From Candidatus Xenobia bacterium (GTDB lineage Bacteria; Vulcanimicrobiota; Xenobia; Xenobiales; QWHO01), in contig BTUM01000002.1 in NCBI GenBank assembly GCA_045863235.1, positions 160,001-224,000 on the forward strand: DNA of 64,000 nt, read 5' to 3'. How positions within the stretch are numbered: position 1 is the stretch's first letter; every line of letters begins with the position of its first letter. Position numbers and translations under genes: made by a program. The notes beneath the pieces are model-generated. The model searched no databases. It saw nothing but the letters and a program-made list of their open reading frames with translations, and had not been told where the DNA came from. This document shows positions 51,301-62,057 of the stretch, piece after piece.

Positions 51301-52008
51301 ATCTCCAAGCCTATCGATCCGGGCAAGCTGTTCGACACGGTGGGGCGTTTCTGCAAGCTCCTGCCCGTCGCCGCCGAGCCCGCGCCCGCGCCGAGCCCGG
51401 CCGCAAGCGAGGTCGAGCTGCCGCGCCTGGAGGGCCTCGAGACTCGGGACGGTCTGCGCCGGGTGGGAGGAAACCGCAAGTTCTACCGTAAGCTGCTCGG
51501 CCAGTTCGCCGAGCAACAGGGCCGGGCAGCCGAATCGATCGGCGCGGCGCTGGCCAGTGGAGACGCCGCCACCGCCGAGCGACTGGCTCACACGCTCAAG
51601 GGGGTGGCCGGGAGCATCGGCGCCCCGATCATTCAGAAGCTGGCCGCAGATCTCGAGAAAGCCATCCGAAACGGCGAGAGCGACATCGAGTCGCGGCGCC
51701 AGCAGCTGAGCGAGACGCTGGAGCCATTTGCGGCTCAGCTTCGCAGCGCCCTGGGGGCGATGGCCGTGGAGGCCCCGCCGTCCTCATCCGCGGTCGACCC
51801 GGAGGCCTCGCGCGCGGCCGCCGGCAAACTGCTCGCGATGCTCGAGCAGTTTGACCCGAGCGCGGTCGGGTTCCTGGAGGAGAGCCAGGCTCTGCTGCGT
51901 CCGCTTGTGGGCCAGCATTGGCCCGAGCTCGACAAGCGAGTGCAAGACTATGCCTTCGCCGAAGCGGAGGCGCTGGTCAAAGCGGCCCTGGAGTCAGGCT
52001 CTTCTTGA
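48394..52008 (+). CDS. Hybrid sensor histidine kinase (4HB-HAMP-GAF-HisKA-HATPase-2xREC-HPt)
   Basis: [28 protein letters not shown], two REC domains and AHTLKG HPt. Confidence 0.95.
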   Translation: MTIARRLTLQAILPLLLLAGLGFLVRSKLAQIEERTRFLALQAESLRAVAGISAANFSMRISMRNMLLGRNPEERSEARADFEAASLRSQQLLSDYEARMISSEADGRMLSSFRAGQQEWEVTARSFLSKAEADPEGTLRVLPPQRVLQQSGLAVSRSLEAWIKLNEELAAGAEQDALRAIQSARRDISLALLLSLMLSAWLSFWTYRRIVHPIRTLRNSVETIAAGDYTQVVPLARVPGEIGKLSRAIQVLKQGAAAADEMRWVESNASNLSAGLKGAATLQEFGQRLLSGLVPVLGGGVAGLFHLDENDGILRRIAGYGLAEDEGAGLAFRPGEGLVGECARERAPITLSGLPADYLRISSGVGQAPPAQVSVWPVLSRDAVLGVLELASLRPLTPLQKELLDALLPDVGMSLEILQRNLHTQELLGETREQARELEERAIELTRSQRELLTQREKLVAQGQELAQAKQAAEAATAMKSMFLANMSHEIRTPMNAIIGLSHLALKTPLNPKQKDYVSKIHNAGTSLLGIINDILDVSKIEAGKLDLETTDFLLDEVISSVTTLTAQKAHEKGLEFLFDVSRSIPEELRGDPLRLGQVLTNLVNNAIKFTEKGEIRVKIELGERTGDKVQIKCLIRDTGIGMSKEQAARLFQPFTQADMSTTRKHGGTGLGLTIARRLVEMMGGQIWLESEPGVGTTFHFTVWLGVGSEKRSGRVVPASLPSLRALVVDDNPSAREILQDLLTSVTGQVDLVGSGIEALEAIQRHDADQPYDIVFMDWRMPGMDGLTASRQIRSLESLKRQPAIVMVTAFGRDEVREEAERVGLDGFLVKPVTKSMIVDTLVSVFAEPGEVQAHELAESRLLNGVRILLAEDNEINQQIAVELLEGSGAVVRVANNGQEAVDAVFGEPQPPPFDVVLMDLQMPVLDGYQATARIRSDARFAELPILAMTAHATIEERQKCLESGMNDHISKPIDPGKLFDTVGRFCKLLPVAAEPAPAPSPAASEVELPRLEGLETRDGLRRVGGNRKFYRKLLGQFAEQQGRAAESIGAALASGDAATAERLAHTLKGVAGSIGAPIIQKLAADLEKAIRNGESDIESRRQQLSETLEPFAAQLRSALGAMAVEAPPSSSAVDPEASRAAAGKLLAMLEQFDPSAVGFLEESQALLRPLVGQHWPELDKRVQDYAFAEAEALVKAALESGSS

Positions 52009-52038
52009 ACGGGATCTGCGCTCGCCTTCGCGACGTGG

Positions 52039-52389
52039 TCAGCTCTGGGTGCCGAAGGGGACGCGCAGCAACTGGTTTCGCAGGTCGCCCGGCTCGCTGG
52101 CCCTGGCGATGAGCTCGAGATCCTCGATGACGGGACCCACCGGGCTGTTCTGGGAGGCATACACCACGTCATAATGGCCGGTCTCGAGGGCTTCGTAGGC
52201 CAGACTCAGGAAGTCCTTGTCCTCGGTGAAGAGCACCCGCTCGAGCTCGGTGGCCCGGCGCAGAACCACCGGATCCACCAGCTGGGCTGCCTGGTCTTCC
52301 TCGGCGGTCAGGACGTCGAGGCCGCGAATCCGCAGGCCGCGTACGATCGAGCCCTTGACATTGTGATCGAGATAGAGCCGATGAGCCAC
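52039..52389 (-). CDS. DUF5615 PIN-like protein (putative toxin)
   Basis: LYLDHNV, GLDV and LFTEDKDF motifs; 116 aa. Confidence 0.82.
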   Translation of the reverse strand: MAHRLYLDHNVKGSIVRGLRIRGLDVLTAEEDQAAQLVDPVVLRRATELERVLFTEDKDFLSLAYEALETGHYDVVYASQNSPVGPVIEDLELIARASEPGDLRNQLLRVPFGTQS

Positions 52390-52706
52390 TAACGACGGCG
52401 CTGGGCCAGCAGCTTCTGGACCAGGGGGTTGGTCCTGGCTTGCTCTTGGCGGGCCTGCTCATCCTCGGCGATGTGGCTTCGAATCTCAGCATCCATCTCG
52501 GCCTGGTGATCGTAGTAGTAACTCAGCGCTCCGTGCACCTGGGCCAGTGTCAGCGCCTGGAACTGCCAGGCGATCTCCTCAGCAGACCAACCATGAGCCT
52601 GCTGGGCCATCACGAGATCGAGCACCTTCATCCGCGTGCCCTCAATGATCGCTCGGCCCCGGTCGTCCAGGACAATATGCTTGTATTCACTCGCTCTCAG
52701 GCTCAT
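52389..52706 (-). CDS. DUF433 protein (putative antitoxin)
   Basis: GRAIIEGTRMKV...LTLAQVHGALSYYYDH; TGnTAGAAT and GGAGG just upstream. Confidence 0.85.
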   Translation of the reverse strand: MSLRASEYKHIVLDDRGRAIIEGTRMKVLDLVMAQQAHGWSAEEIAWQFQALTLAQVHGALSYYYDHQAEMDAEIRSHIAEDEQARQEQARTNPLVQKLLAQRRR

Positions 52707-52919
52707 CGCCCTCCATTCTAGCACGCCCGCCGCCTTCCGCGCGAGGGTTAAACTGGATCCGATTTCCCGGGTACCCATCATTCGGCTAACAGTTGAACAC
52801 CAGGGGGTGAACCCAGGCCTGTCCTCGGACGGGACCCAGGAGGCCGTCAGACGTCGCGCAGGGTGGACACAGCCTCTATTTCCGCTTGCCCGAGCCAGCC
52901 AGCATGCGACTTCCCTTCT

Positions 52920-53692
52920 TCAACACAGTCTCGGGCGTGGCCAGCGAGAAGTAACTTTGCAGGCCCCGCTCCCCTCCACCAACAACTGCATCTCCCCGAG
53001 CTCGGGGTGGGTGGCCACAATCGCTCCCCTGGGACCCAGGCTGAGACTGCCTTCGGGCGGCGAGGTGGCGTCGACCTGAGGATTGCGCAACCAGAGCGTC
53101 GGCAAGAGGTGCAGGGGCGCATCCTCTGCACCCCGGTTGTGGACCGTGATCTCGATCAGAATGTCGTGCGGCGAAGCTTTGGCATACTCCACGAAGACAT
53201 CGAAGTAGGCATCGCGGTCAAAGACCCCGGTGTCGAGCAACTCATACTCGAAATCGTGCCGGGTCCGCCTGGCGTTGACCTCGTAGAGCTCGCGATAGGG
53301 AAAGGCCGACTGAGGATACTTGTAGAGGAACTTCTGGTAGGAGTGAGTGGGCGTGTTGTCGAGGTAGAAGTAGTATTCATTGACGTCCTCCCCGTGGTTT
53401 CCCTGTCCGTTGCTCAGGCCGAAAAGTCGCTCCTTGAGGTAGGGGTCTTTCAGAACGCCAGCGCAAAGCAGAGTCGCTGCTTCTCGTCGCTCAGGCCGGC
53501 CAGGCCGTCCTCGCCCCAACGATAGGCGCGAAAGTGCGACTCCTCGAAGGTGAAGTCGTTCCAGGAATTGCCGTCCTGACTGGCGTCCTCTCGCACCGTC
53601 CCCCACTGGCGCTCGCTCAGGTAAGGTCCCCAGAACTTCCAGGACTGCTCTCCTGTGCTATCCTCGAGCAGCCGACGCTCCTCAGCAGTCAT
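52920..53692 (-). pseudogene. GH63/MGH1-like glucosidase, frameshifted and truncated
   Basis: [16 protein letters not shown]...LCFALAF* continues in another frame as [12 protein letters not shown]...GNHGEDV; coding similarity ends near 52950. Confidence 0.85.
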
Positions 53693-53729
53693 CCTTGCGA
53701 GCCTCCTCAGTGATGTCTGCGAGCTTTCT

Positions 53730-55034
53730 TCAGGTGGTGGAATAAACCTCGCTGCGCGCCTGTCCGGTCATGGTCAGGACCGACTGCCACATCTCGTCCT
53801 CGAGGTCGACCTGCTTGCGGGTCTCGGTCACGACCGAGATCGGCAGATGCACGAAGTGCTGATGCCACAGACCCACGGTCATGTCGGTCATGCCCGCCAG
53901 ACCGGCGTGGGCAGCAAAGTGCCCGAGCAACAGACAGTACTCGCTGTCGACGGTGTTGGCCGGAGCACTGCGAATGGAGTAGCTGGGATCGAGGTACTTC
54001 AGGGTGAACTCCATCCCCCGCCCGGCCAGATGAGCGCTGATCCGCTCCTTGAGCCACAGCCCGACATCCTGCAGACGAACATTCCCGGACGCGTCCTTGG
54101 CGCCCGCGCTCTCCATCAGCTCTTGCCCGGCCCCTTCGGCCACCACGATGACGGCGTGGCCGTGACCGCGCAGGCGTTGCTCCAGGCTGGCCAGAAATCG
54201 ATCCAACTGGAGCGGATGCTCGGGGATGAGGCAGAAGTTGGCCACTCCGCTGGCCACGGTGGCGTGAGCCGCGATGAAACCGGAGTGACGGCCCATCAAC
54301 TTGACCAGTCCGATGCCGTTCTCGGCGCTGCGAGCCTCGGCGTGGGCGGCCAGCACCACCTTGCGGGCCTCCTCGACGGAGGTGTGAAAGCCGAAGCTCA
54401 TACTCGTCCAGGCGATGTCGTTGTCGATGGTCTTGGGCACGCCGATAATGGCGATCGGCTCACCCCGACGGGCCACCTCGGCGGCCAGGGCGGAAGCGCC
54501 TCGCAGCGTGCCGTCCCCGCCGATCACGAAGAGCACATCCACCCCCCGGCGAACCAGAGTATCCACCATCTCGCCCACGTCCTGCGGACCGCGCGACGAC
54601 CCCAGAAAGCTTCCCGCCGTGCCGGCCAATCGATCCACATGGTCGCGGTCGAGCACCACCGGCTCGGGGCCCTGGCGAGACAGGCCCTTGTAGCCGTAGC
54701 GGAACCCCAGCACCCGCTTGACGCCATACATTTCCAGCAGGTTGAGAGCCAGCGAGCGAATGACGTCGTTGAGCCCCGGGCACAGGCCCCCGCAGGTCAC
54801 GATTCCGCAAACCGTCTGGCTCGGCTCGAAAAAGAGATTGGCCCGAGGACCGGCCCGCTCCAGTGAGGGCAGAGGACGGCCGTCGGCCTGCCAGGCTTGC
54901 ACCTGGGCCGAATCCGAGAGCAGCAGCACCCTGCTCGACTCGTCCACGAACCTTCCGGCGCGGGAAATCGAGGACGAGTAGGGCGCCGGCCCCAGGGTTT
55001 TGATCTGCAGCTCGGCCAGCTCTGGAACGCGCAC
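53730..55034 (-). CDS. pfkA: 6-phosphofructokinase (long group-X type, probably ATP-dependent)
   Basis: TCGGLCPG, GGDG, PKTIDND, MGR and YLDPSYSIRS. Confidence 0.9.
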   Translation of the reverse strand: MRVPELAELQIKTLGPAPYSSSISRAGRFVDESSRVLLLSDSAQVQAWQADGRPLPSLERAGPRANLFFEPSQTVCGIVTCGGLCPGLNDVIRSLALNLLEMYGVKRVLGFRYGYKGLSRQGPEPVVLDRDHVDRLAGTAGSFLGSSRGPQDVGEMVDTLVRRGVDVLFVIGGDGTLRGASALAAEVARRGEPIAIIGVPKTIDNDIAWTSMSFGFHTSVEEARKVVLAAHAEARSAENGIGLVKLMGRHSGFIAAHATVASGVANFCLIPEHPLQLDRFLASLEQRLRGHGHAVIVVAEGAGQELMESAGAKDASGNVRLQDVGLWLKERISAHLAGRGMEFTLKYLDPSYSIRSAPANTVDSEYCLLLGHFAAHAGLAGMTDMTVGLWHQHFVHLPISVVTETRKQVDLEDEMWQSVLTMTGQARSEVYSTT

Positions 55035-55093
55035 GGGTCACCTCCTCTACCGAAATCGCTGGCCGGGTCTGAGTGACCCGGCCCGCTCATGGG

Positions 55094-56686
<1,593 letters not shown>

Positions 56687-56753
56687 AGATGAGAGACCTC
56701 TCTTTCGTAGCTTACCTTGGCGTTGCCACCCGCAGGCGGCATGAGATAGAGAG

Positions 56754-56885
56754 TCAGGGCCACATCGGAGTGGACGGCCCGCTGGCCAGCGTCCTGGCCT
56801 CGGGCCGGGCATGCTCGGCGAACAGCACGGCTGAAACGAAGAGCAGCATCCAGTAAAGAGGCGTTCGGAGGATCTCGGAGAGCAT
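56754..56885 (-). CDS. Putative 43-aa single-TM small protein
   Basis: [49 protein letters not shown] 7 nt upstream of the ATG. Confidence 0.45.
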   Translation of the reverse strand: MLSEILRTPLYWMLLFVSAVLFAEHARPEARTLASGPSTPMWP

Positions 56886-57016
56886 GATGACGATTCTAGG
56901 ATTTCCCGTCTTCAGCGGCTATGATCTGAATCAGCGTCGGGCTTCCTGGAACCAAACCGCGTCTCCTGCCTCGAAACGGAGGACCCCCTGCCCGAGCGCA
57001 GAAGCGACGGAGCGCT

Positions 57017-58236
57017 TTGCCAAGGTCTACTCTCCTGGAACGGCCCGCCATGACTTCCATCCTGGAAATCAGTCTTCGGGCAGGCAAGATCATGCTGGAG
57101 AACGGGGGCAACACGTCGCTGGTCGAGGAATCGATCCAGCGCCTGGGAACCGGCCTGGGAGCCGACTCGGTAGAAGTCAGCGTGAATCCCGGGAGCATCG
57201 TCGCCTCGCTGGTCTCAGGGCAAGAGCAAGAGACGCGCCTTCGACGCGTCAGCCAGAGCGGGGTGGAGCTCTCCAAACTGGCCCGGGTGCTGCACCTGGT
57301 ATCCGGGGTGGAGAGCGGAAAGATGTCGGCGTCAGAGGCCGAGAGCGAGCTGCAGAGGATTGAGGGATTGTCACGCCAGTATCCCCCTGGCTGGTGGCCC
57401 TGGCAGTCGGGCTCGGATGCGGCGCGTTCGCCGTGAACCTGGGTGGAACGGCCCGAGATTTCTACGTCGTGCTGGTAACCTCTTCGCTGGCCCAGCTGCT
57501 GCGGCACCATCTCGCCCACACCCGGCTGGGAAGGCTGCTCACCACGGTGGTGGTGGCCGCCTTTGCCAGCGCCACCGCGCTGGCTCTGGCCGGGCCAGGT
57601 GTGAGCGTAGCCGCCTCGATCCTGCTGCTGGTTCCCGGGGTTCCGCTGGTGAGCAGCACGGCCGACCTCTTCCGCGGAGACGTCACCGCGGGTCTGACCC
57701 GAGCGACCAGTGCGCTCCTGACCATCATCGCAGCAAGCGTGGGGGTCTGGGGGGTCATCCTGGCCTGGGGACGTCCGGCAGAAAGCGGTGTCCTGCCCGG
57801 CCAGGATCAGGTGCTGCTGGCCGCCTTGATGGGAGGGGTGGCAGCGGTTGGTTTCGCGGTCCTCTTCGATGTGCCCCGGCGGTATCTGCTCGGCTCGGGC
57901 CTGGTCGGCCTGGTGGCCATCCTGACGCGCGCCTCGGTCGCTGCCCACGCATGGCCAGCGGAGGTGGCCAATCTTCTGGCTGGTTTCTCCATCGGTCTCT
58001 CGTCCGAATTGCTGGCCCGTCGAGCAGGTTGCCCCTACTCGTTCATGGCCATGCCAGGCTACATTCCGCTGGTGCCTGGAGCTGTCTTCTTCAGCGGAAT
58101 CCTGCACCTGGTGGCGGGAGATTACCTGCAAGGTCTTGCCTCGCTGATCCAGGCCCAGATCATTTTGCTGGCCATCGCTCTGGGGATGGGCAGCATCCCG
58201 GCCTTATTCTCGACCAGTCGCAAGGCGATCGCATGA
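57017..58236 (+). pseudogene. ThrE family threonine/serine exporter split by a 1-nt frameshift (or a sequencing error)
   Basis: AGKIMLENGGNTSLVEE in one frame; LLLVPGVPL and IPLVPG in the next; the frame changes at a C5 run (57383-57387). Confidence 0.8.
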
Positions 58237-59984
58237 CAGGAGGCGTTGTGGAGAATTCAAACAAGTCGGGGCTGGCGCGGTTCATGCCGGCTCTGGGTTG
58301 GCTGCCCACCTACCAGAAGACCTATCTTGTCGCCGACCTGATCGCCGGTCTGACGCTGGCCGCCTACATGGTTCCGGCGGCCATCGGAGACGCCTCGCTG
58401 GCCAACCTGCCTCCGGAAGCCGGGCTCTACGCCTGCCTGTTCCCGGGACTGATCTTCTGGCTCTTTTGCAGCTCACGGCACACGACCATCTCGGTCACAT
58501 CGGCCATTTCGCTCTTGATCGGCTCCTCGCTGGGGGCCATGGCCGGAGGCAACAACGAACGCTTCTACGCTCTGGCCACGACCACCGCACTGCTGGTGGG
58601 GATCATCGGGGTGGTGGCCTGGGCCGTGCGGGGGGGCGCGGTCGTGCACTTCGTCTCCGAGACGGTCATGCTGGGGTTCAAGTGCGGGGTGGCCCTCTTC
58701 CTGGCCAGCACCCAGTTGCCCAAGCTGTTTGGCGTGCACGGCAGCCACGGCGACTTCTGGGAGCGCTCGGCAACCTTCCTGGGCGAGCTGGGTCACACCA
58801 ACCCGGCCTCGCTGGCGGTAGGCGCGGTGGCCCTGGCCATCCTGGTACTGGGCAAGATGTACGCGAAAGACAAGCCAGTGGCCCTCTTCGTGGTGGTGGG
58901 AGGCATCGTGGCCTCTTCAGTGGCTCGACTGGGCGAGCGCGGGGTCAAACTGCTCGGCGACGTTCCCGAGGGCCTCCCCATGCCGGGCCTGCCGATGGTT
59001 TCGTTGGCCGACCTCCAGGAGCTGATGCCGTTGGCGCTGGCCTGCTTCATGCTGGGGGCGGTGGAAACGGCCGCCATCGGGCGAATGTTCGCCGCCAAGC
59101 ACCGGGGCCGCTTTGACTGCAACCAGGAGTTTCTGGCCATCGGAGCCGTCAACCTGGCCACGGGGCTCACCCGGGGATTCCCGGTCAGCGGCGGGATGTC
59201 CCAATCGCTGGTCAACGAAAGCAGCGGAGCCCGCACTCCCCTGTCGGGCCTGTTTGCCAGCCTGATGGTACTGATCGTCACCGTCTTCCTGGCCTCCTTA
59301 CTGCACAACCTGCCCCAGCCGGTGCTGGCGGCCGTGGTGCTGGTGGCCATTCTGGGGCTGATCAACGTGCCCGCCCTGAAGCGCCTCTACGCCCTGGCCC
59401 GCACCGAGTTCTTCATCGCCATGGCGGCCACGGCCGGGGTTCTGAGCTCGGGCATGCTACGCGGGGTCATGATCGGGGCGGTCATCTCGCTCTTGCTCTT
59501 GATTCGCCGGGCCTCGTCCCCCTACGTGGCGTTTCTGGGTCGCATTCCAGGCACGCAAAGATTCTCGGACATGGCCCGCCACCCCGATAACGAGCCCGTC
59601 GAGGGAATCTTGATCTTCCGGGCCGAGTCGAGCCTGCTCTACTTCAACGCCGAGCATGTGCGAGACGTGGTCCTGGAGGAGTTCCACCGCACTCATCCCC
59701 GGCTGGTCCTCTGCGACCTGTCCAGCTCCCCATTCGTCGACCTGCACGCCTGTGAGACCCTGGCCGAGCTGGCCAGGGAAGTGGCCGGCGAAGGAGCCCG
59801 CTTGCGCCTCGTGGAGCCTCGCTCCTCGGTGCGGGACTCTTTGCGCCTGGCGGGGCTGGAGGAGCTGGTGGGGTCCATCAACCGATTCACCACCGTCGCC
59901 GAGGCCGTGGAGGAGTTCCATCAGGCGCCAGGGGCTCAGCAGGAACCAGGATCAGAGCCAGCGGCCCAGGAGCCGGCCTCCTGA
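58233..59984 (+). CDS. SulP/SLC26 anion transporter with STAS domain
   Basis: DLIAGLT, NQEFLAIGAVN, GGMSQS and C-terminal STAS (LLYFNA); start 58233 or 58248. Confidence 0.95.
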   Translation: MTGGVVENSNKSGLARFMPALGWLPTYQKTYLVADLIAGLTLAAYMVPAAIGDASLANLPPEAGLYACLFPGLIFWLFCSSRHTTISVTSAISLLIGSSLGAMAGGNNERFYALATTTALLVGIIGVVAWAVRGGAVVHFVSETVMLGFKCGVALFLASTQLPKLFGVHGSHGDFWERSATFLGELGHTNPASLAVGAVALAILVLGKMYAKDKPVALFVVVGGIVASSVARLGERGVKLLGDVPEGLPMPGLPMVSLADLQELMPLALACFMLGAVETAAIGRMFAAKHRGRFDCNQEFLAIGAVNLATGLTRGFPVSGGMSQSLVNESSGARTPLSGLFASLMVLIVTVFLASLLHNLPQPVLAAVVLVAILGLINVPALKRLYALARTEFFIAMAATAGVLSSGMLRGVMIGAVISLLLLIRRASSPYVAFLGRIPGTQRFSDMARHPDNEPVEGILIFRAESSLLYFNAEHVRDVVLEEFHRTHPRLVLCDLSSSPFVDLHACETLAELAREVAGEGARLRLVEPRSSVRDSLRLAGLEELVGSINRFTTVAEAVEEFHQAPGAQQEPGSEPAAQEPAS

Positions 59985-60001
59985 TGGCCAACCAGCCACC
60001 A

Positions 60002-60137
60002 GGCTCTCGTGATGAAGAGAGCCGAGCCACCGGTATATAAATAACTAAAGTCCCGCGCGTTGCCCCTGTTCAGAGTGAAAACGCGCGGGACTGTGCCGAT
60101 TCTACAGCTGCGCGCGCTGGTCAGACCAGTGCGCGCA
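60002..60137. terminator. Cluster of three inverted repeats between convergent genes
   Basis: GGCTCTC/GAGAGCC (60002-60023), AGTCCCGCGCGTT/AACGCGCGGGACT (60049-60092), TGCGCGCGCTGGT/ACCAGTGCGCGCA (60109-60137). Confidence 0.55.
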
Positions 60138-60159
60138 ACTGCAGGCCGTGGTCAGGGGG

Positions 60160-61113
60160 CTACTTCAGAACGTCGAGACGGTTCTTGACATAGGCATCCA
60201 TCAAGAACAGGTTCTTGTTCTCTCCCAGAGCTTTGGTCACGTAGGCTTTGCCTTTGTCCGTCTGTCCGTTCATGATGAAGTACTGACCGACGAAGAAGTC
60301 GGCCTGGTGCTGCATCATCTCGCGATAGCGCTCGTCGCTGAGGTTGACGGCGGCTTTCAGGCACTCATCGGGACCGATCTGGCCGAGGTACATCTGCACC
60401 ACCGGATACGGCCAGCTCTCCTTCTCGGTGGCGCGCTGGGCGTAGCTCTGGAGGTAGGTCTTGTCCTGGGTGCCGAGGCGAGCCTTGGCCACGTAGTTGA
60501 GCAGGATCAGCATGGTGTTGTCGGGCTCGAGATTGGCGGCGGCTTCGAAATCATCCAGAGCGGCCTGGTTGCGCTCCATGCGAACGTAGGCCATCCCTCG
60601 CAGGGCGTAGACCACGGAACGCTTGGCCAGACCAAAAGAGATGGCCTTGCTGGTATCCGACACGCACAGGTCGAGCTGGTTCAGACGGTAGTGAGCCAGA
60701 CCACGATAGAAGTAGCCGGCTCCGCTCTCGGTCTGAATCTTCAAGAAGCGGTCATAGTCCTTGATGGCCTCCTTCGAGTCGCCTTTGAAGAGGTAGGCGC
60801 AGCCGCGATAATAGAGGGCCTCGGGGTTCTCGGGATCGAGCTGAAGAGCCTTATCGAGATCGCCGATGGCCTTCTGGTGCTGGTCCAGCAGAAAGTAGCT
60901 GGCGCCGCGGAAAACGAAGGCTTTGACGAAGCCCGGGTTGGCCTTGATGCACTTGTCGAAGCCCTTGATGGCTTCGGCATAATCTCCCTCTCGGAAAACC
61001 TTGTAACTCTCATCGTAGAGCTTCCGGGTATCGACCGCGTTGGCCTGGGCGAATGCTGGCGTGACCACCAGCAGCATCCAGAGCAAACAGGTAGTGAGTT
61101 GGGATCGTTTCAC
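60160..61113 (-). CDS. Secreted TPR protein (NlpI-like)
   Basis: Signal peptide, about five TPRs and WPYPVVQMYLG NlpI-like C-terminus. Confidence 0.8.
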   Translation of the reverse strand: MKRSQLTTCLLWMLLVVTPAFAQANAVDTRKLYDESYKVFREGDYAEAIKGFDKCIKANPGFVKAFVFRGASYFLLDQHQKAIGDLDKALQLDPENPEALYYRGCAYLFKGDSKEAIKDYDRFLKIQTESGAGYFYRGLAHYRLNQLDLCVSDTSKAISFGLAKRSVVYALRGMAYVRMERNQAALDDFEAAANLEPDNTMLILLNYVAKARLGTQDKTYLQSYAQRATEKESWPYPVVQMYLGQIGPDECLKAAVNLSDERYREMMQHQADFFVGQYFIMNGQTDKGKAYVTKALGENKNLFLMDAYVKNRLDVLK

Positions 61114-61146
61114 AATGGACTCCTTCTGTATTGAGTTCGTTCGGGC

Positions 61147-62052
61147 TCAGTCCTTGGAGACCAGAACCCAGTCCTTGCCAGGATTGTAGACGGTCATCTT
61201 CTCGGCCAGCAGGGCCGTGTCGGGACCGAGGTCGGCCTGGCGAATCTGCCCGTAGTGGTTGAGCAGAAAGCTCATGATACCGCTCTTGCGATAGTCCACC
61301 GGGTAGGCCAGCACGGCGTAACCCAGGATCATGTTGCCGTTGATGATGTAGTTGAACTTGCCTCCCGGAGCGGCGGGGCCCTGGGCGGTCAGAAGCTTCA
61401 GCCGATAGCCCATCCAGGTTCGGTCGTGGGTCTTACGCTGCAGGTACTCCTTGACGGTCTCGGCGAACGACTCCATCGGACTCGGTTCGCCTTCTTTGGC
61501 ATCCCAGTAGAGACCGTCGCGCTTGCCCGGCGAGCACTTCAACTTCTGGGCGAACTCGAAGACGCCATCCTCATCCCAGTCTTTGGAAGCGTACTGCATC
61601 TGGGCCTCGGCCATGGCTCGAAGCAGCTTGATGACGGCCAGCTCGTTGCGACCGACGCGTCGGCGCAACACCTCGTCGTAGCCGGCCTCGGTGTCGAACT
61701 TCCAGCCCTTCTTGGTATGAACGAGCGGGACGGGAAAAGGCCAGACTTCCTCTCCTACTACCCAGGTCAGGGTTCCGTTCTTCTCCTTCTGGAGAGCGGA
61801 GCGCTTCTCAGAGGCCCGGGCGATGCGCTCGCGCAGAATGCCGGACTCGGCCTGGTCGGCTGTCTCGAGCAACTCCCGCGCCTCGGGCCCGAAGATGGCC
61901 AGAATCTGTTGCTCGTTGTCGCTATCGAAGGCCCTGACGACGGCTTTGACAGCCTCCTCAGGCGTGGGGAAGGTCTTTTGATCGGCCAGTCCCGTTCCCA
62001 TCAGGGAAAAGGCCAGGACGGCGGTGGTGAGAATACGCTTGAACATTTTCAT
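61147..62052 (-). CDS. DUF2950 family protein
   Basis: FPTPEEAV, WPFPVPLV, RRVGRNEL, DGLYW and YRKSGIMSF motifs. Confidence 0.88.
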   Translation of the reverse strand: MKMFKRILTTAVLAFSLMGTGLADQKTFPTPEEAVKAVVRAFDSDNEQQILAIFGPEARELLETADQAESGILRERIARASEKRSALQKEKNGTLTWVVGEEVWPFPVPLVHTKKGWKFDTEAGYDEVLRRRVGRNELAVIKLLRAMAEAQMQYASKDWDEDGVFEFAQKLKCSPGKRDGLYWDAKEGEPSPMESFAETVKEYLQRKTHDRTWMGYRLKLLTAQGPAAPGGKFNYIINGNMILGYAVLAYPVDYRKSGIMSFLLNHYGQIRQADLGPDTALLAEKMTVYNPGKDWVLVSKD

Positions 62053-62057
62053 CCTCC

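Noticed and set aside
53450..53452. Selenocysteine or readthrough at the TGA in the glucosidase
   Set aside because: Downstream similarity is in a different frame, so this is an indel and not recoding.
57360..58232. N-terminal extension making SulP 874 aa
   Set aside because: It overlaps the ThrE frame and reads as non-protein-like; SulP similarity begins at 58233.
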